From Oscillospiraceae bacterium (GTDB lineage: Bacteria > Bacillota > Clostridia > HGM11514), in assembly GCA_015068925.1 (NCBI GenBank), contig SVJP01000001.1, positions 1,805 to 65,804 of the forward strand: DNA of 64,000 bases, written 5' to 3'. The notes below the pieces were generated by a model. That model did no database searches. It saw only the letters and a program-made list of their open reading frames with translations, and was not told where the DNA came from. The translations under genes were made by a program, and so were the position numbers. Shown here piece after piece: positions 60,718-64,000 of this stretch. Every line of letters starts with the position of its first letter. Position 1 is the first letter of the stretch.

Positions 60718-61599
60718 ATGAAAAAAGGGTTCCTTATTCTATTGATATTTTTATGTTGCTTTGGTGTAACTGCTTGTCGTGAAGGGGAAGAAGTCACAGG
60801 TGTTTCCGTGGTTACTTCAAATTTTCCCTTATATGATTTTGTCCGCGCTATCGGGGGAGAGCAGGTGAATGTGACCATGCTCATAAAACCAGGTTCGGAA
60901 AGCCATTCCTATGAGCCTACTCCGAAAGAGATAATTGCTATAGAACAGGCAGATTTGTTCTTGTATATCGGCGGTGAGTCAGAGGCTTGGGTAGAGAGTC
61001 TGTCAAGGACGGATGCTATCCCGTTGCTGGATGTTGTGGAGACGAAGGAAGAGCATGAGGGTCATGACCATGGTGCAGATGAGCATATCTGGACTTCACC
61101 GAAGAATGCAATGAAAATGGCAGAAGCAATTTGCGAGGAATTGAGTCGTGTGGACCCACAGCATCAAGAAATGTATCAACAAAATTTGGACCATTTTTTG
61201 GAAGAATTAACCCGTCTGGATGAGCGGTTTTTTCAAATTGTGCAAAAGGGAACAAGAAAGAAAGTAGTATTTGGCGACCGTTTTCCCTTTTTGTATTTTG
61301 CCGAACGATACGGCTTGTCTTATTTGGCAGCATTTCCCGGTTGCGCCTCTCAGGCAGAGCCAAGTGCAGGCACCATGGCAGAATTGATTGATACGGTAAA
61401 AAAGGAAGAAATTCCTGTTGTATTTTATTTAGAATTATCCAACCAATCCATTGCCAAATCCATTTCAGAGGCAACGGGTGCGGAGATGAGATTGTTTCAT
61501 TCCTGTCATAATGTAAGTCGACAGGAATTTGAGGAAGGAGAAACCTATCTTTCTCTGATGAATCAAAATGCAGAACAGTTAGAGGAGGCATTACATTGA
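60718..61599 (+). CDS. znuA: Zinc ABC transporter substrate-binding lipoprotein
   Basis: Lipoprotein signal ending in the Cys of GVTAC. The His-rich loop is EEHEGHDHGADEH. Cluster A-I solute-binding protein. Confidence 0.85.
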   Translation: MKKGFLILLIFLCCFGVTACREGEEVTGVSVVTSNFPLYDFVRAIGGEQVNVTMLIKPGSESHSYEPTPKEIIAIEQADLFLYIGGESEAWVESLSRTDAIPLLDVVETKEEHEGHDHGADEHIWTSPKNAMKMAEAICEELSRVDPQHQEMYQQNLDHFLEELTRLDERFFQIVQKGTRKKVVFGDRFPFLYFAERYGLSYLAAFPGCASQAEPSAGTMAELIDTVKKEEIPVVFYLELSNQSIAKSISEATGAEMRLFHSCHNVSRQEFEEGETYLSLMNQNAEQLEEALH

Positions 61600-62267
61600 C
61601 CATTGTAGCATGCGACCGAGTGAGCTTGGCTTATGAAAAACATCTTGTTCTGTCCGACCTTTCGTTTACTGTGTCGGAAGGGGATTATTTGTCTGTCATT
61701 GGAGAAAACGGAACAGGGAAAAGTACATTGTTAAAAGGAATGTTAGGATTGTTAACGCCTGTTTCGGGAAAGCTGACATTGGGAATTCGCCCCAATCAAA
61801 TCGGTTATCTTCCTCAACAGAAAGTTACCCAACGAAATTTTCCTGCCTCGGTGGAGGAAATCGTACTGTCGGGTAGGTTGAATCAAAAAGGTTGGCATCC
61901 ATTCTTTAATAAAAATGATAAACAGATTGCGGAACAAGCAATGGAGCGTCTCGGCATTTTAGATTTGAAAAAGCGGTGTTACCGTGAATTGTCAGGAGGT
62001 CAGCAGCAAAGAGTATTGCTGGCAAGGGCCTTATGCTCTGCATCAAAATTGTTGTTGCTTGATGAACCGACTGCAGGATTGGATAGAGCTGTAACGGAAG
62101 AATTTTATCACCTGATTGAAGCTTTGAATCAAGAAGGGTTGACAGTTGTCATGGTGACCCATGATATTCCTGCCGCATTACAGTATTCCGATCATATTCT
62201 CAGCCTGGAACAAAATCAGGTGTTTTTCGGAACAAGGGCAGAATATGAGGGAGGTGACCGAGGATGA
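61596..62267 (+). CDS. znuC: Zinc ABC transporter ATPase
   Basis: TTG start. Walker A GENGTGKST, the LSGGQQQR signature, and Walker B LLLDEP. Confidence 0.88.
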   Translation: MTIVACDRVSLAYEKHLVLSDLSFTVSEGDYLSVIGENGTGKSTLLKGMLGLLTPVSGKLTLGIRPNQIGYLPQQKVTQRNFPASVEEIVLSGRLNQKGWHPFFNKNDKQIAEQAMERLGILDLKKRCYRELSGGQQQRVLLARALCSASKLLLLDEPTAGLDRAVTEEFYHLIEALNQEGLTVVMVTHDIPAALQYSDHILSLEQNQVFFGTRAEYEGGDRG

Positions 62268-63070
62268 TTTTGGAGATGCTTTCTTATCCCTTTATCCAAC
62301 GTGCGTTGATTGCAGGCCTTCTGATTTCCTTGTGTGCGGCATTACTGGGTGTGAGTTTGGTATTGAAGCGATATGCCATGATTGGAGACGGACTTTCTCA
62401 TGTGGGATTTGGTGCTTTGGCAGTGGCAACGGCGGTCGGACTCTCTCCACTTTGGTTCACGATTCCCGTAGTGATTGTGGCGGCGGTGTTGTTACTTCGT
62501 CTGAACGAGACCAATGCAATTCGCGGTGATGGAGCAATTGCGGTATTATCCACCGGTTCTTTGGCGTTAGGGGTCATGGTGGTTTCTCTGACCTCGGGAA
62601 TGAATACGGATGTGACCAACTACTTGTTCGGCAGTATTTTAGCCATGAGCCGTGAAGATTTGATGTTAAGTATAGTGCTTGGTACAGTTTGTTTTTTGTT
62701 ATTTTTGCTTTGCTACCATCGTATCTTCGGAGTTACCTTTGATGAAACCTTTGCCCGTGCAACAGGGGTGAGGGCAGGTGTTTATAATTTGTTGCTTGCG
62801 GTATTGACCGCCATCACGGTAGTGCTCGGTATGCGGATGATGGGAGCATTGCTGATTTCTGCCTGCATGATTTTTCCCGCTCTGACCGCTATGAGAGTTT
62901 GCAAAACCTTTCGTGGCGTGACGATTCTGGCAGTGATTTTGTCTTTGCTTTCGTTTTTAATTGGTTTGACCCTTTCTTATTTTTTTGCCGTTCCTACGGG
63001 TGCGGGAATTGTATTGGTCAGTGTTGGATTTTTTATTTTGTTTTCCGGCATTGGTGCATTGAGAAAATAG
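62264..63070 (+). CDS. znuB: Zinc ABC transporter permease
   Basis: 268 aa with 8 or 9 transmembrane helices. ABC-3 family. Overlaps the znuC stop. Confidence 0.88.
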   Translation: MILEMLSYPFIQRALIAGLLISLCAALLGVSLVLKRYAMIGDGLSHVGFGALAVATAVGLSPLWFTIPVVIVAAVLLLRLNETNAIRGDGAIAVLSTGSLALGVMVVSLTSGMNTDVTNYLFGSILAMSREDLMLSIVLGTVCFLLFLLCYHRIFGVTFDETFARATGVRAGVYNLLLAVLTAITVVLGMRMMGALLISACMIFPALTAMRVCKTFRGVTILAVILSLLSFLIGLTLSYFFAVPTGAGIVLVSVGFFILFSGIGALRK

Positions 63071-63085
63071 AACATACACAAAAAA

Positions 63086-63132
63086 CTTCCTTTTGGCATA
63101 TACTAACTGCCGAAAGGAAGTTTTTATTTTTG
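63086..63132 (+). terminator. Rho-independent terminator
   Basis: CTTCCTTTTGGCA with a 9 nt loop, then TGCCGAAAGGAAG, followed by TTTTTATTTTTG. Confidence 0.6.
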
Positions 63133-63149
63133 AGAAAGGCGAGATGACT

Positions 63150-64000
63150 ATGTGTTCTATTTGCGGAATGATAGAATTTGAACAAAAGAATGGGCTGAAT
63201 CCTGATGTGCTGAATCGTATGGGCATGACCATGAAGCATCGGGGACCGGATCAGACCAACGCGTTTTATAGTGAATTTGCCATGCTGCATCATAATCGTC
63301 TGTCCGTCATTGATCCAGAAAACGGATTGCAGCCCATGACAGCAGAATGGCAAGGAGAAAAGTACACCATTGTCTATAACGGAGAATTGTATAATACTCC
63401 TGAGCTTCGGGATGAATTATCCCGTTTGGGCGTAATTTTCAAAACTCATTGTGATACAGAGGTTGTGCTTTATGCTTATATTTTGTTTGGAGAAAGGTGT
63501 CCCGAAAAGATGAACGGCATCTTTGCCTTTGGAGTTTATGATGAAGGAAAAAAGCAACTCTTTCTTGCCCGTGACCGTATAGGAGTGAAGCCACTTTTTT
63601 ATACGAAGGCAGGCTCAACCTTTTTGTTTGCCTCTGAAATCAAGGCGTTATTGGCTCATCCCGATGTGCAACCGAAGATAGACAGAGTGGGATTGTGGCA
63701 ATTGTTATACTTAACCCCTGTTACCATTGGCGGAAGCGGCGTGTTTCAAAATATTTATGAGGTAAAGCCCGGGTATTGCGGCGTGTTTTCAGAACAGGGG
63801 CTGCGTCTTCGGCCTTACTGGACCTTGGAGGCAAGAGAATGTCACGATACACCGCAACAAGCTGCTATGAAAACCCGGGAATTACTGACAGACGCCATTT
63901 CCCGACAGTTGGTCAGCGATGTGCCTTTGTGTACCTTTTTATCGGGAGGGTTGGATTCCTCTGTCATTACCTCGGTTGCGGCAGGGGAATATCGTCGGTA
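63150..64000 (+). CDS. asnB: Asparagine synthase (glutamine-hydrolysing), 5' partial
   Basis: The start MCSICGM carries the Ntn-amidotransferase Cys2. The Gn-AT class II domain is followed by the start of the synthetase domain (FLSGGLDSS near the window end). Confidence 0.9.
   Translation, partial: MCSICGMIEFEQKNGLNPDVLNRMGMTMKHRGPDQTNAFYSEFAMLHHNRLSVIDPENGLQPMTAEWQGEKYTIVYNGELYNTPELRDELSRLGVIFKTHCDTEVVLYAYILFGERCPEKMNGIFAFGVYDEGKKQLFLARDRIGVKPLFYTKAGSTFLFASEIKALLAHPDVQPKIDRVGLWQLLYLTPVTIGGSGVFQNIYEVKPGYCGVFSEQGLRLRPYWTLEARECHDTPQQAAMKTRELLTDAISRQLVSDVPLCTFLSGGLDSSVITSVAAGEYRR

Overview
A 64 kb chromosomal segment from a low-GC Gram-positive bacterium, most consistent with Firmicutes class Clostridia. 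The evidence is the gene content and order (listed below), Shine-Dalgarno sites of the AAGGAGG type, S-layer homology (SLH) cell-wall anchors, and the presence of hfq and ricA. Most of the window is housekeeping core genome on the plus strand. In order: the 3' end of rplX, then the spc and alpha ribosomal-protein operons (rplE to rplQ, with secY-adk-map-infA-rpmJ embedded and rpsD inside the alpha operon); a minus-strand glycyl radical enzyme with a divergent AraC-family regulator; a patch of accessory genes (PAS-like protein, GNAT, gene fragments); three cell-surface enzymes (GH18-SLH, metallophosphoesterase, M13 peptidase with SLH); galU-ttcA on the minus strand; miaB-ricA(ymcA)-mutS-mutL-miaA-hfq; an HlyD-like protein; yggS-sepF-yggT-ylmH-ileS; lspA-rluD-rlmD; a short AT-rich islet; an EamA transporter, a flavodoxin and TraX; a minus-strand cluster for recycling N-acetylmuramic acid (MurNAc) from peptidoglycan (GH3, transporter, murQ, HTH-kinase fusion, large glycoside-hydrolase-like protein); two secreted proteins with copper-amine-oxidase N-terminal-like domains, one carrying a PrsA-type PPIase domain; metG-tatD; a small Met/Pro/Cys-rich protein; gatCAB; zur-znuABC; and the 5' part of asnB. 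I found no rRNA, tRNA, CRISPR array, transposase or integrase. The best candidates for something new are an orphan glycyl radical enzyme with divergent active-site motifs and no adjacent activase, inserted directly after the rplQ terminator, and an AT-rich islet fused to the 3' end of rlmD. Neither shows the components of a defense system, so how novel they are remains open. All calls rest on reading the translations and the DNA by eye. Coordinates of promoters and hairpins are approximate to within a few bases.
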